This document shows positions 44,250-54,316 of a DNA stretch of 64,000 nt, piece by piece. The stretch is taken from assembly GCA_035262625.1 (NCBI GenBank), contig DATFSM010000025.1, positions 3,038-67,037 on the forward strand. The letters run 5' to 3'. Positions within the stretch are counted from its first letter, which is position 1. Each line of letters begins with the position of its first letter. The notes under the pieces were generated by a model, which was not told the DNA's origin, made no database searches, and worked only from the letters and a program-made list of their open reading frames with translations. The DNA comes from Bryobacteraceae bacterium (GTDB taxonomy: Bacteria; Acidobacteriota; Terriglobia; Bryobacterales; Bryobacteraceae). Both the position numbers and the translations under genes were made by a program.

Positions 44250-45817
44250 AACCCCGGGCCTCGCTTCTTTTTCATCTCGGAAGGCCGTTTCGCCGGCGGC
44301 TCCGCGCCAGCCTGCTTCTGCAGCTTTTCGCTGTTGGCGTTTTGCTTCTGCTGCGCCGCCGACCCGCTCTCCACGTCGAGTATCGCCTGGGTTTCGGTTG
44401 CCTGTGCGCGCACGCCTTCCCGAACACTATCATTCGGGTTCACGACGACCAGATCACCCTGTGAGAGCCCGGATACGATCTCCGTCGCCGCCCCGTAATC
44501 CCGTCCCAACGATACATTCTGCAGGTGCACTGTGCCCTCGACGGTCGTCGCCTTCGGTCTGCCGCTATTATCCTTATTTTTCAGTATTTGCGCACGCTTG
44601 ACGTCGCGAAGCACGCCGATCTGAGCGCCCTTCGCATCCACGATAAGCGAATCACCCGGCACAAGAATCGGCTGGCTCGCCCTTTGGATCCGAAGCTTTA
44701 CATCTACGAACATTCCGGGCCGAAGCTTACCTTCCGGATTAGGCACTTGCACCTCTGTGACCAGTGTGCGAGTTGTGGGGTCGAGCGCCTCAGCCGTTCG
44801 CGTTACGCGCCCCGAAAAGTCGTGATCGCCGAACTCCGCTGCCTCCACGCGCGCCTCCTCACCCACCGCTACCGACGGGGCATTCGGCTGTGGGACGTTC
44901 ACATAGGTACGTAAACGATCCACCTGCGCAACGCGAAACAGCAGCGTGGCGCCAGTGCCGATCAGCGTTCCCACGTCGATGTTGCGTAGCGTTACGACGC
45001 CCTCAAAAGGCGCGGTGACGCGCTCGAATCCCTGTAACTCGATCAGCCGCCGCAGATTGGCGCGAGCCGATTCTACATTCTGCGATGCCGCGCTCTCCGC
45101 CTCCGCCAAGGCGGCGACATTCGATACCTGCGCCTGATAGTTGGCCTGCTGCGTGTCGTTGTCCTGGCGGGCAACCGCTCCGCGTGTTACCAGGTGGTCA
45201 TATCGCGCCGCCGTCACGCGCGCAAGCTCCTCGTTGGCCTTGCCCTGCTGCAGGTTTGCGTCGGCCTGTTTGAGCGCCGATTGCGCCTGCGCAACCTGTG
45301 CCCGCGCCTGCACAACCTGCTGATCCACATCCGGCGCCCCAATGATCGCCATGATCTGGCCTTTTTTTACGTGATCACCAATATCCACAAACCGCTGCGA
45401 CACATAGCCATCGGCGCGGGCGAGGATGGGAGCGTCAGTAATCGCTTCCGTCGTGCCTGTAAGAATCAGCTCGTCGGTCGGCGCCGATGTCTGCGCGCGA
45501 ATGAACTTGACCTGAGGCAATGCCTGTTGCTCCTGGCGCGATTCATTGGCAAGCTCCTTCGCGCGCAGATGGCGCGGCAGCCAGCCCAAAAGCGCCGCCA
45601 GGATCAGAAGCGCCAGCAATCCCGCCCCGATCAGCCACAAGGTCCGCCCGCGAGGACGCGGAGCCCTGGAGTCGTTTCGGCCGCCGTTCTTCTTCTTGAG
45701 TTCCTCGAGCTCCCGGCGCAAAGCCTCGATTTCGGCCAGCAGCCTTTCTTCAGCGGGGGCTTCGATCCGCGGCGGCTCCTCACGAGGCGGCAGGAGTTTC
45801 TCATCCGTGTCGATCAT
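44246..45817 (-). CDS. RND efflux membrane-fusion (periplasmic adaptor) protein
   Basis: The ATG at 45817 is preceded by GAAGGAGG. The cytoplasmic coiled-coil N-terminus is followed by a TM segment, then HlyD/MFP barrel-sandwich and hairpin blocks (ILARADGYVSQRFVDIGDHVKKGQ..., VTAPFEGVVT). The C-terminus is a Lys/Gln-rich tail. Confidence 0.88.
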   Translation of the reverse strand: MIDTDEKLLPPREEPPRIEAPAEERLLAEIEALRRELEELKKKNGGRNDSRAPRPRGRTLWLIGAGLLALLILAALLGWLPRHLRAKELANESRQEQQALPQVKFIRAQTSAPTDELILTGTTEAITDAPILARADGYVSQRFVDIGDHVKKGQIMAIIGAPDVDQQVVQARAQVAQAQSALKQADANLQQGKANEELARVTAARYDHLVTRGAVARQDNDTQQANYQAQVSNVAALAEAESAASQNVESARANLRRLIELQGFERVTAPFEGVVTLRNIDVGTLIGTGATLLFRVAQVDRLRTYVNVPQPNAPSVAVGEEARVEAAEFGDHDFSGRVTRTAEALDPTTRTLVTEVQVPNPEGKLRPGMFVDVKLRIQRASQPILVPGDSLIVDAKGAQIGVLRDVKRAQILKNKDNSGRPKATTVEGTVHLQNVSLGRDYGAATEIVSGLSQGDLVVVNPNDSVREGVRAQATETQAILDVESGSAAQQKQNANSEKLQKQAGAEPPAKRPSEMKKKRGPGF

Positions 45818-48800
45818 GATCCTCCTTCGCGGGGGCGTCTCCCTCATGCTCTTCCTCGGCGATGCGGCGGTCGTAATCGATGGGGGCTTCTTTGCGCAGG
45901 TAGGTGTAAATGATCGGCACGACGAACAGCGTCGAAAACGTAGCAAGCGCCAACCCGCCGATCACGGCTCGCCCCAGAGGCGCGTTCTGTTCGCCCCCCT
46001 CTCCGAGGGACAAAGCCATTGGCAGCATGCCCAGAAGCATCGCCAACGCGGTCATGCAGACCGGCCTCAGCCGTGTGAAGCCTGCCGAAAGCGCTGCCTC
46101 GCGTACATTTTTACCCGCGGCACGCTCATCGTTCGCGAAGGTGACCAGCAGAATGCTGTTCGCGGTAGCCACACCGAAAGACATGATCGCCCCCATGAGG
46201 CTCGGCACGTTGAACGTAGTCTGCGTCATGAACAACATCCAGAGCACTCCGGCGAAAGCGCCCGGCAGCGCCATCAGGATGATCGCCGGATCTACCCAGC
46301 TCTGGAAATTCACCACCATAAGCAGATAAACGAGGGTCACCGCAAAGACCATTCCCAGCCCGAGCCGCACGAAGGAGCTTTGCATCGTTTCCGCCTGGCC
46401 CCGAAGATCGAGTTTGACGCCCTTCGGCAGGTGCGGCCGCATGCCGCTCATAATCTTTTCGACGTCCGACCGCACTCCGCCGAGATCACGCCGATCGACA
46501 TTTGCGTAAATGTCGAATACCGGCTGCACGTTGTAGTGGTTCACGATCTCGGTGGAGACGCCGCGCTGCAGGCTTGCGATGTTGGAAAGCAGTTGCGCGC
46601 TGTTCTGCGGCGCGGACGCGTTCGCATAAGCGGGTGACGCTCCGTTAGGCGCCGCGCCCGTATTGTACGGGCTTCCTTCGGCTGTATCTCCGGTAATCGC
46701 CTGAGCGCCCGTGCTCCCGTTCGGAGTCGAGCCGCCGGTCGAAGCGCCGGAACTTCCCAGACTCGAGATAGGCGTCTTAAGCAGCGCGTCGAAGGAATTC
46801 ACCAGAATCTGCGGAGTTTGCACGGCAACCTGATAATTCACTCCGTTCTGCGGATTGAGCCATTGATTTGGCGCAACCTGCCCGCTGGAACTGAGCGAGA
46901 TCAGCAGGCTGTTGCTCACGTCGCGTTCGGTAAGCCCAATCTGATTCGCCTTACTCCGGTCGACATTCACCCGAACCTCCGGATAATCGACGATCTGGTG
47001 GACGTGCACATCCACCGCGCCGGGAATCGCCGCCATCTTCTTCTCGATATCTTTCGCGATCTTGTAGTTCCCCTGAAAATCCCGTCCCACCACCTGGACG
47101 TCGATCGGCGCGGGCAATCCGAAGTTCAGAATCTGGTTCGTAATGTTCGCCGCTTCGAAGGTGAATTCGCAATCTGGGAAACTCTCGCGGAAGCGAGCGC
47201 GAAGTTGCTCGTTGTATTTCTCGGTCGGATGGTGGTCCTTCTTCAGTGAGACGAGAATGTCGCCGTCCGAGTCGCCCAACACCGGGTTGTCGCCAAAGGC
47301 AAGATTGATGCCGCTGTTCGGCAGGCCGATGTTGTCAAGAATCGTGTCGATTTCATTGGCGGGGATGACCTCGCGCACCAAAGCGTCGATACGCGAAAAA
47401 TAATGCTCTGATTCTTCGATCCTCGTGCCCGACGGCGGCTGAACATGGAACCGGATCTGTCCGGAGTCGACCGTCGGGAAGAAATCGCGCCCAATGAATA
47501 AGGTAAGAACCATCGACCCCGCGACGAAGACGCCGAACACGATCAGGAGCGCGCCGCGATGATCCAGGCTCCAGTCGAGAAATCCGGCGTACCGGTCGCG
47601 CAACCGGTCGAAATAGTGGTTGAACTTATGGTGGATCTTCCAGTTCCAGCCGGGAGCCTCCGCCGGTTCTCCGCCTTCTCCTTCGCGATACAGATCCACT
47701 TCTTTGCGAAGAAGGTAGTGCACCATGTTCGGAATCAGAGTGCGGGAGAGCAGATAAGAGGCGAGCATCGCGAAGACCACCGCTTCCGCGAGTGGCGTGA
47801 ATAAAAACCGCGCCGCGCCCACCAATAGCAGCACTGGCACGAAGACGATGCAGATCGAGAGTGTCGAGACGAACGCCGGAACGGCCACTTGTTGAGCGCC
47901 ATCCAGCACGGCGCGGGTCAGCGGCTTCTTCATTCCCATGTTCCGGTGCGTATTTTCAATTTCAACGGTCGCATCGTCCACCAGAATGCCGACGGCCAGC
48001 GCAAGCCCTCCCAGCGTCATGATGTTGATCGTGTGGCCCGTGAGCGCGAGCACAATGAGTGACGTGAGGATCGAAAGCGGGATCGAAATACAAACGATCA
48101 GCGTGCTGCGTACGCTGCCGAGAAAGAGCAGAATCATCAGACCGGTCAGCGCGGCCGCGATCGCCCCTTCTCGCAATACCCCGTTAATAGAAGCCCGCAC
48201 AAACAGAGACTGATCGAAAAGGAACTTCATCTTCAATTCCGGCGGAAGACCGGCTTGAATATCGGGGAGCGCCTTCTTCACCCGGTTGATGATTGAAAGC
48301 GTGGATGCCTTGCCGTTCCTGAGAACCGTTAGCAAAGCCCCTCGACCGCCGTCCTGGCGGACGATATTCGTCTGAACCGCCGCGCCATCACGAACCTGAG
48401 CCACGTCCTTGATAAATACAGTGGCGCCGTTCACCGTCTTGATTGGCAAATCATTCAGGGCGTCTACGTACAGAGGGCTGCTGTTCACGCGCACCAGATA
48501 CTCGCGCGTGCCGATCTTGGCAGTACCGGCGGGCAGAATCAGATTCTGAAGGCTCAGCGCGTTCGATACATCCGTGGCCGAAAGTTGCTTCGCATAAAGC
48601 GCGTTCGGATTGATATCGACCATGATTTCGCGCGTTTTGCCGCCGTACGGGAGCGGTAATGAGGCGCCCTGGATCGTCGCAAGCTGCGTTCGGACGAAGT
48701 TCTGGCCGTAGTCGTAAAGCTGCGATTCGCTCAGTGTGTCGCTGCCCAGTCCGATCTGCAGAATCGGCACGCTGGAGGCGTCGTACTTCAATATGCCCGG

Positions 48801-49178
48801 CGGAAAAATGCCGGGCGGAAGGGCCCGAAGCAGGGTTTGCATGATCGCGGTCACCTGCGCGATCGCGAGCTCAACTTTCACGTTTGGCTGAAAGAAAACC
48901 TTGATCACAGCGACGCCGTTGTAGGACTGCGATTCGATGTGCTCGATGTCGTTGACGGTCGTCGTCATTGCGCGCTCGCTCACCGTGACGATCCGTTTTT
49001 CCATGTCATCGGGCGACACGCCGGGATACGTCCAGACCACGCTCACAACAGGAATGTCGATGTACGGGAAGATGTCAACCGGCATGACCAATATCGAGTT
49101 CACGCCGAGAATCGCGATGAGCGTCGCCATCACGACGAAGGTAAACGGACGGCGTAGTGCGAGCCGAACGATCCACAT
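45801..49178 (-). CDS. RND efflux permease (AcrB/HAE family)
   Basis: MWIVRLALRRPFTFVVMATLIA, 12-TM/2-loop layout, and conserved LVDDATVEIEN. It contains a Ser/Gly/Ala/Asn-rich insertion in the second periplasmic loop. Confidence 0.95.
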   Translation of the reverse strand: MWIVRLALRRPFTFVVMATLIAILGVNSILVMPVDIFPYIDIPVVSVVWTYPGVSPDDMEKRIVTVSERAMTTTVNDIEHIESQSYNGVAVIKVFFQPNVKVELAIAQVTAIMQTLLRALPPGIFPPGILKYDASSVPILQIGLGSDTLSESQLYDYGQNFVRTQLATIQGASLPLPYGGKTREIMVDINPNALYAKQLSATDVSNALSLQNLILPAGTAKIGTREYLVRVNSSPLYVDALNDLPIKTVNGATVFIKDVAQVRDGAAVQTNIVRQDGGRGALLTVLRNGKASTLSIINRVKKALPDIQAGLPPELKMKFLFDQSLFVRASINGVLREGAIAAALTGLMILLFLGSVRSTLIVCISIPLSILTSLIVLALTGHTINIMTLGGLALAVGILVDDATVEIENTHRNMGMKKPLTRAVLDGAQQVAVPAFVSTLSICIVFVPVLLLVGAARFLFTPLAEAVVFAMLASYLLSRTLIPNMVHYLLRKEVDLYREGEGGEPAEAPGWNWKIHHKFNHYFDRLRDRYAGFLDWSLDHRGALLIVFGVFVAGSMVLTLFIGRDFFPTVDSGQIRFHVQPPSGTRIEESEHYFSRIDALVREVIPANEIDTILDNIGLPNSGINLAFGDNPVLGDSDGDILVSLKKDHHPTEKYNEQLRARFRESFPDCEFTFEAANITNQILNFGLPAPIDVQVVGRDFQGNYKIAKDIEKKMAAIPGAVDVHVHQIVDYPEVRVNVDRSKANQIGLTERDVSNSLLISLSSSGQVAPNQWLNPQNGVNYQVAVQTPQILVNSFDALLKTPISSLGSSGASTGGSTPNGSTGAQAITGDTAEGSPYNTGAAPNGASPAYANASAPQNSAQLLSNIASLQRGVSTEIVNHYNVQPVFDIYANVDRRDLGGVRSDVEKIMSGMRPHLPKGVKLDLRGQAETMQSSFVRLGLGMVFAVTLVYLLMVVNFQSWVDPAIILMALPGAFAGVLWMLFMTQTTFNVPSLMGAIMSFGVATANSILLVTFANDERAAGKNVREAALSAGFTRLRPVCMTALAMLLGMLPMALSLGEGGEQNAPLGRAVIGGLALATFSTLFVVPIIYTYLRKEAPIDYDRRIAEEEHEGDAPAKEDHDRHG

Positions 49179-49292
49179 GCGGCGCGGTTCTCACTGACGA
49201 GCATCAGTCCACGTTCCATGGGTATAAGCGCACGTTGCTTACGCTGCGCCGTCCGGTTTGGAACAGACGCCTTGTTACCTCGAATCGTAGGT

Positions 49293-49599
49293 TTGAGTCA
49301 AACGGCGAAAACAGCCAGCGACATTCTTGTGGAAACGATGCTCGACTCGTTCAGACGCAGCACGAGGAAGCGGCAGCCTTCATGGCCTGCGCCTGGGCCA
49401 AGTTCACCGGGAAAATCGGCGCATGCATTGCGACATCGGGACCCGGCGGCATCCGCCTCCTCAACGGCCGCCGCCTATGCCGCCCAAGATCACCGCGGAG
49501 CAAGCGCTCCATTTCGCTGAAGCCCTGTCGCGCGGCACGAAGGATGCGGGCAAGATCGTGAGAGATATTGTCTGCGAAAAAATCCGCGAACTCGTTTGA
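49293..49599 (+). pseudogene. remnant of a pyruvate-oxidase/PoxB-like TPP enzyme (three fragments in three frames)
   Basis: Fragment 1 is SQTAKTASDILVETMLD. Fragment 2 is RLVQTQHEEAAAFMACAWAKFTGKIGACIATSGPGGIRLLNG. Fragment 3 is PPMPPKITAEQALHFAEALSRGTKDAGKIVRDIVCEKIRELV*. They correspond to the N-terminal PYR-domain blocks and the C-terminal amphipathic tail of PoxB-type enzymes. The middle of the enzyme is absent. Confidence 0.7.
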
Positions 49600-49605
49600 G
49601 AGCGG

Positions 49606-50556
49606 CTAGAACTTAGGGGCGTAGTAACCCTTGCGCGCCCGGACAACCAGGTCCTTGCGCGTTTTCACCTTGACCGCGACAGGATGATACAAACCATCCG
49701 TCTTCAGCGGGTCCGGGCGATAGAAGATGTTGTACTGATGGCGCAGCTCGTTCGCGATGTTCTCGAACGACTGATCGAGGTCTTCCACCTTGAACGGAAA
49801 GAACGACTGCCCGCCGGTTTCTTCGGTCAGATAACGAAGAACTTTATCGCCATCCAGATCGTCGCGCTTTGTGTTGGTCGAAATCGCGTAGATGACAACA
49901 TCCGCCTTCTGCGCCATCTCGAGCGCCTGGTCCCGCGAGTATCGGCTGGATGTATCCTCGCCATCGCTGATCACAATCATGGCCCGCCGGAACTTATCGC
50001 GCGGCTGGTCCATCATCAGCTTTTCTTTTGAAGCGAAGTAGATGGCGTCATAAAGAGACGTTCCGCCGCCCGGACGCATGCCCTTGATTCCCGCCTCGAG
50101 CTTTTTCAGATCACCGGTCAGGTCGGTGACGAGTTCCGCGGCGCTGTCGAAGCTCACCAGTAACATCCGGTCTTCCTTCGGCCGCATTACGCTTTGCATG
50201 AAACGAACGGCCGCCTCCTGCTCGAAGCGGAACTCCTCTCGGATGCTGTTGCTCGTATCGACGAGCACGGCGAGCCGAAGCGGGAGGTCGGATTCAGCCG
50301 TGAACTGTTGAATGACCTGCGGCTTCTTGCTTTCGACCACCGAGAAATCGTCTTTCCCCAGATCTGTGACGAATCGGCCTTTTTTGTCCGTTACTGTGAA
50401 CAGAATATTGACCCGCGTGACGTCGAGCGTGATCGTGGTTTGTCCTTCCTGATCGACGGGAGCGGCGGGAGGCTTCGGCTGATTTCCCTGCTGCGCCATC
50501 AATGCGATCCCTGCGCACGACAGAGCGCAGAACGGAAGAACTTTCATATGGGCCAT
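49606..50556 (-). CDS. secreted VWFA-related Acidobacterial-domain protein (intact copy)
   Basis: Signal peptide present. The motifs DFSVVESKKPQ, VLVDTSNS (MIDAS-like), GGTSLYDAI, ISDGEDTSS and the C-terminal YNIFYRP...GLYHPVAVKV...ARKGYYAP are all present. Confidence 0.85.
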   Translation of the reverse strand: MAHMKVLPFCALSCAGIALMAQQGNQPKPPAAPVDQEGQTTITLDVTRVNILFTVTDKKGRFVTDLGKDDFSVVESKKPQVIQQFTAESDLPLRLAVLVDTSNSIREEFRFEQEAAVRFMQSVMRPKEDRMLLVSFDSAAELVTDLTGDLKKLEAGIKGMRPGGGTSLYDAIYFASKEKLMMDQPRDKFRRAMIVISDGEDTSSRYSRDQALEMAQKADVVIYAISTNTKRDDLDGDKVLRYLTEETGGQSFFPFKVEDLDQSFENIANELRHQYNIFYRPDPLKTDGLYHPVAVKVKTRKDLVVRARKGYYAPKF

Positions 50557-50557
50557 T

Positions 50558-51466
50558 CTATCGTCCGTCGCGGAAGTGTGACAGAGAGCACTTCCATTCG
50601 TCCAGTTCTTGGGGTAACGGCGATTCGACCGTCACGAGTTCCTGAGTCGCCGGACTGCAAAATGTCAGCCGATGCGCATGCAGAAAATACCTTCGCCATG
50701 CGGACGGCTTCGCGCCATACAGCCGGTCACCCGCGACGGGGTGCCCCAGTGCGGCCATGTGAGCGCGGATCTGGTGAGTCCTTCCCGTGCCCAGACGGAT
50801 TCGCAGGAATGTGAATCCGTCGAAATGTTCCATAGCTTGCCAGTCGGTGAGCGCGGTCCGGCCCAAGGCAAGACGCGCCGTCATACGGGCGCGGTTTTTC
50901 GGATCGCGTGCGATCGGCTTCTCAATCCGGCCCGATCCGGACAGCTTTCCTTCCACCAGCGCCAGGTAGATCTTTTCGACTCGTCGCGAAGAGAACTGCA
51001 ACGCCAGATCGCGATGAGCGGGGTCCGCCTTGGCCACTAGAAGAACGCCGCTTGTGAAGCGGTCGAGACGGTGAACGATCCCCGGCCTGAGGTCGCCACC
51101 GATGCGCGAAAGACGGGCGAACCGATGGAGCAGCGCATTCACAACAGTACCCGAGTGAATGCCGGCACCCGCATGCACCACCATCCCGGCAGGCTTATCG
51201 ATGACGACGCAGGCGTCGTCTTCGTAGAGAACTGTCAGAGGAATCGCCTCGGGGACAGCCTTCAGGGGCGGCGGTTCGGTGGGTTCGAGGTCGATCCTCT
51301 CATCCCCCCGGACGGCGTAGGATGGCTTTCCGGCGCGGTCATTAACAAGGACGCGTCCCGCCTTGATCCACTGCTGGATTCGTGCCCGGCTGAATTCGGG
51401 AAGTCGCTCATGCAGCAGAGCGTCCAGACGCTTGCCGCGGTCCGCCCCGCTGGCCGTGAGGATCAT
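50558..51466 (-). CDS. rluD: RluA-family 23S rRNA pseudouridine synthase (RluD-like)
   Basis: N-terminal S4 domain (RLDALL...SRARIQQWIKAGRVLVN) plus the catalytic HRLDRFTSGVLLVAK. Confidence 0.9.
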   Translation of the reverse strand: MILTASGADRGKRLDALLHERLPEFSRARIQQWIKAGRVLVNDRAGKPSYAVRGDERIDLEPTEPPPLKAVPEAIPLTVLYEDDACVVIDKPAGMVVHAGAGIHSGTVVNALLHRFARLSRIGGDLRPGIVHRLDRFTSGVLLVAKADPAHRDLALQFSSRRVEKIYLALVEGKLSGSGRIEKPIARDPKNRARMTARLALGRTALTDWQAMEHFDGFTFLRIRLGTGRTHQIRAHMAALGHPVAGDRLYGAKPSAWRRYFLHAHRLTFCSPATQELVTVESPLPQELDEWKCSLSHFRDGR

Positions 51467-51553
51467 GCGACGATGGATTTCGGGTCTCCGCTGCCGTCCC
51501 TTTCGCGTCCTGAGTTCTATTTCTCATCGCGCGCCGGACGAACCATAACCTGA

Positions 51554-54316
51554 ATGTTACAGGAAATCTCAGTATCGGGTGCGCGCCAGCACAATCTCAA
51601 GAACGTCGCCGTCCGAATTCCGCGGAACAGTCTGACGGTGATTACGGGACTGAGCGGATCCGGGAAATCTTCGCTTGCCTTCGACACGATTTACGCCGAA
51701 GGTCAGCGCCGTTACGTGGAAACTCTGTCGACATACGCCCGACAATTTCTTGATCAGATGGAACGGCCCGACGTCGATTCCATCGAAGGGTTGAGCCCCT
51801 CGATCTCCATCGATCAGAAGACCACTGGCCGAAGCCCACGCAGCACGGTCGGAACGATAACCGAGATCTACGACTATCTCCGCCTTCTTTATTCCTCGAT
51901 CGGCGTGCCGCACTGCCCCGTTTGCGGCAGCGAAATTTCACGCCAGACAACGGAACAGATTCTGAAGCATGTGCTCGCGCTCCGGCCCGAGGACCGCATC
52001 CAGGTCATGGCGCCCATGGTTCGCGGACGTAAAGGCGAATTTAAAAAGGATCTCGAAAAACTCGCGCGACAGGGATTCGTCAAGGCGCGTATCGACGGCG
52101 TCGTTCGATCTCTGGAAGACGATATCAACCTCGACAAACGCCGGAATCACACGATCGAGGTGATCGTCGATCGTCTGCTTGTCAAGCCCGGGATTGAAAA
52201 GCGCCTGGAATCCGCGATTGATATTGCGACCCGGCTCGCGAATGGCCTGGTGCTGATCTCGGTGGTAGACGGCGAAGAGCGCCTCTATTCCCGAAAGCTT
52301 GCCTGCGTCGAATGCGGTACGAACGTGCCGGAGCCGGAACCGCGATCGTTCTCCTTCAACAGCCCCTACGGAGCGTGCGAGGAATGTTCCGGCCTTGGCA
52401 GCACGTGGGCGTTCGATCCCGATAAGATCATCGTGGATCCATCAAAGCCGCTACTCGAAGGCGGTCTCGGCCCTGGCGCCGGATCGAGCCTTGTGACGCA
52501 TCGGACCCAGGAGGCCGCCCGGTCTCTTCGCGCCAAGCTGAAGGCGCCGTGGGAGAAGCTACCTCGCGAGACGCGCGAAAAGCTTCTCAGCGGATTCAAC
52601 GGCTTTCCCGGCATCCTCGGGGTGCTTCAGGAAATCTACCGTGACGCGTCGTCGGACTATCGCGAGTGGCTGACCGAGTACATGTCGCCCGTCATCTGCG
52701 CGGCCTGCGGGGGCAAGCGGCTCCGCCCCTCGAGCCTGGCGGTCCGCGTTAAGAACGTCTCCATCGCCGAGTTCACCGCCATGCCGGTTTCACGCTCACT
52801 GCTCACGGCGCGTTCCTGGCGGTTCAGTGATCGCGAGATGCGCATCGCCGGCCGCGTTGCGGATGAGATCCGTCGCCGCCTCGAATTTCTGGAGTCCGTC
52901 GGGCTGCACTACCTGAGTCTGGATCGTTCGGCGACCACGCTCTCGGGCGGCGAAGCGCAGCGTATCCGTCTCGCGACGCAGATCGGAAGCAAACTGCGCG
53001 GCGTGCTCTACGTGTTGGACGAACCGTCCATCGGGCTGCACCCCCGCGACAACGATCGGCTGCTGAATACGCTCACGGAACTCCGCGACATGGGTAACAC
53101 TGTGCTCGTCGTGGAGCACGATGCGGAAACGATCGAACGCGCCGATTATGTTCTCGACCTCGGTCCTGGAGCCGGGCGCCTGGGTGGGGAACTTGTCGCA
53201 AGCGGAACACCCGCGGAAATCCGCACGAGCGATCGATCCCTCACCGGCCAATACCTCGCTGGCAAAAAGAACATCGAGATTCCCGCCGAACGCCGCAAAG
53301 GCAATGGCGCGTCGGTCCGGATCCGCGGGGCCTCCGAGCACAATTTGAAGAACGTCGATGTCGAATTTCCGCTCGGCCGGTTCATCGTGGTCACGGGCGT
53401 TTCGGGAAGCGGCAAATCGACGCTCGTCAACGATATCCTTTACCGCGCGCTCGCCAAAGAGATCTACGGCTCTCACGAAGTCCCCGGGGCGCATCGCGAG
53501 ATCACGGGCATCGAGAATATCGATAAGATCGTGCGCATCGATCAGGCGCCCATCGGCCGCACGCCCCGCTCGAATCCTGCCACCTATACGGGCCTCTTCT
53601 CGCCGATCCGCGATTATTACGCCCTGCTGCCGGAATCGCGGGAGCGCGGCTATAAGCCCGGACGCTTCAGCTTCAACGTAAAGGGCGGCCGCTGCGAAGC
53701 CTGCCAGGGAGACGGGCTGAAGCGCATCGAAATGAACTTCCTGCCGGACGTCTACGTGACCTGCGATGTCTGCCGGGGCAAACGCTATAACTACGAAACG
53801 CTTCAGGTGAAGTACAAGGGGCACTCGATCGCGGACCTACTCGAGTTGACCGTCGAGGAAGCGCTGCCTTTGCTCGAAACGAACCCGCAGATCCGGCCCA
53901 AACTGAAAACGCTTCTCGACGTGGGGCTCGGATACATACACCTGGGGCAGTCCTCGACCACGCTCTCCGGGGGCGAGGCGCAGCGTATCAAACTCGCCAA
54001 GGAACTGAGCCGGCGCCAGACCGGAAAGACCTTCTATGTGCTCGACGAGCCCACCACCGGGCTGCATTTTGAGGACGTGCGCAAGCTGCTGGAAGTCCTC
54101 CAGCGCCTTGTGGATCTCGGCAATACTGTATTGGTGATCGAGCACAATCTGGACGTGATCAAGAGCGCCGACTGGGTGATCGATCTCGGCCCGGACGGCG
54201 GTGAGGACGGCGGTCGCGTCGTAGCAGTGGGAACGCCCGAACAATTGATCCGCGGGCGCAAAGGATTCACCGCGGACGCGCTACGTAAGCTTATGGCCCC
54301 GGAGCGCGCCGCTTGA
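51554..54316 (+). CDS. uvrA: excinuclease ABC subunit A
   Basis: GARQHNLKN, two Walker A motifs (GLSGSGKSS and GVSGSGKST), zinc-finger Cys pairs, and LSGGEAQR twice. Confidence 0.97.
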   Translation: MLQEISVSGARQHNLKNVAVRIPRNSLTVITGLSGSGKSSLAFDTIYAEGQRRYVETLSTYARQFLDQMERPDVDSIEGLSPSISIDQKTTGRSPRSTVGTITEIYDYLRLLYSSIGVPHCPVCGSEISRQTTEQILKHVLALRPEDRIQVMAPMVRGRKGEFKKDLEKLARQGFVKARIDGVVRSLEDDINLDKRRNHTIEVIVDRLLVKPGIEKRLESAIDIATRLANGLVLISVVDGEERLYSRKLACVECGTNVPEPEPRSFSFNSPYGACEECSGLGSTWAFDPDKIIVDPSKPLLEGGLGPGAGSSLVTHRTQEAARSLRAKLKAPWEKLPRETREKLLSGFNGFPGILGVLQEIYRDASSDYREWLTEYMSPVICAACGGKRLRPSSLAVRVKNVSIAEFTAMPVSRSLLTARSWRFSDREMRIAGRVADEIRRRLEFLESVGLHYLSLDRSATTLSGGEAQRIRLATQIGSKLRGVLYVLDEPSIGLHPRDNDRLLNTLTELRDMGNTVLVVEHDAETIERADYVLDLGPGAGRLGGELVASGTPAEIRTSDRSLTGQYLAGKKNIEIPAERRKGNGASVRIRGASEHNLKNVDVEFPLGRFIVVTGVSGSGKSTLVNDILYRALAKEIYGSHEVPGAHREITGIENIDKIVRIDQAPIGRTPRSNPATYTGLFSPIRDYYALLPESRERGYKPGRFSFNVKGGRCEACQGDGLKRIEMNFLPDVYVTCDVCRGKRYNYETLQVKYKGHSIADLLELTVEEALPLLETNPQIRPKLKTLLDVGLGYIHLGQSSTTLSGGEAQRIKLAKELSRRQTGKTFYVLDEPTTGLHFEDVRKLLEVLQRLVDLGNTVLVIEHNLDVIKSADWVIDLGPDGGEDGGRVVAVGTPEQLIRGRKGFTADALRKLMAPERAA

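Noticed and set aside
45818-45946. Longer MFP start (track ORF 44246..45946)
   Set aside because: The extension (MLRFRRCSSCRSF...) overlaps the RND gene by about 146 nt. The ATG at 45817 has a strong GGAGG Shine-Dalgarno and begins a plausible cytoplasmic coiled-coil N-terminus.
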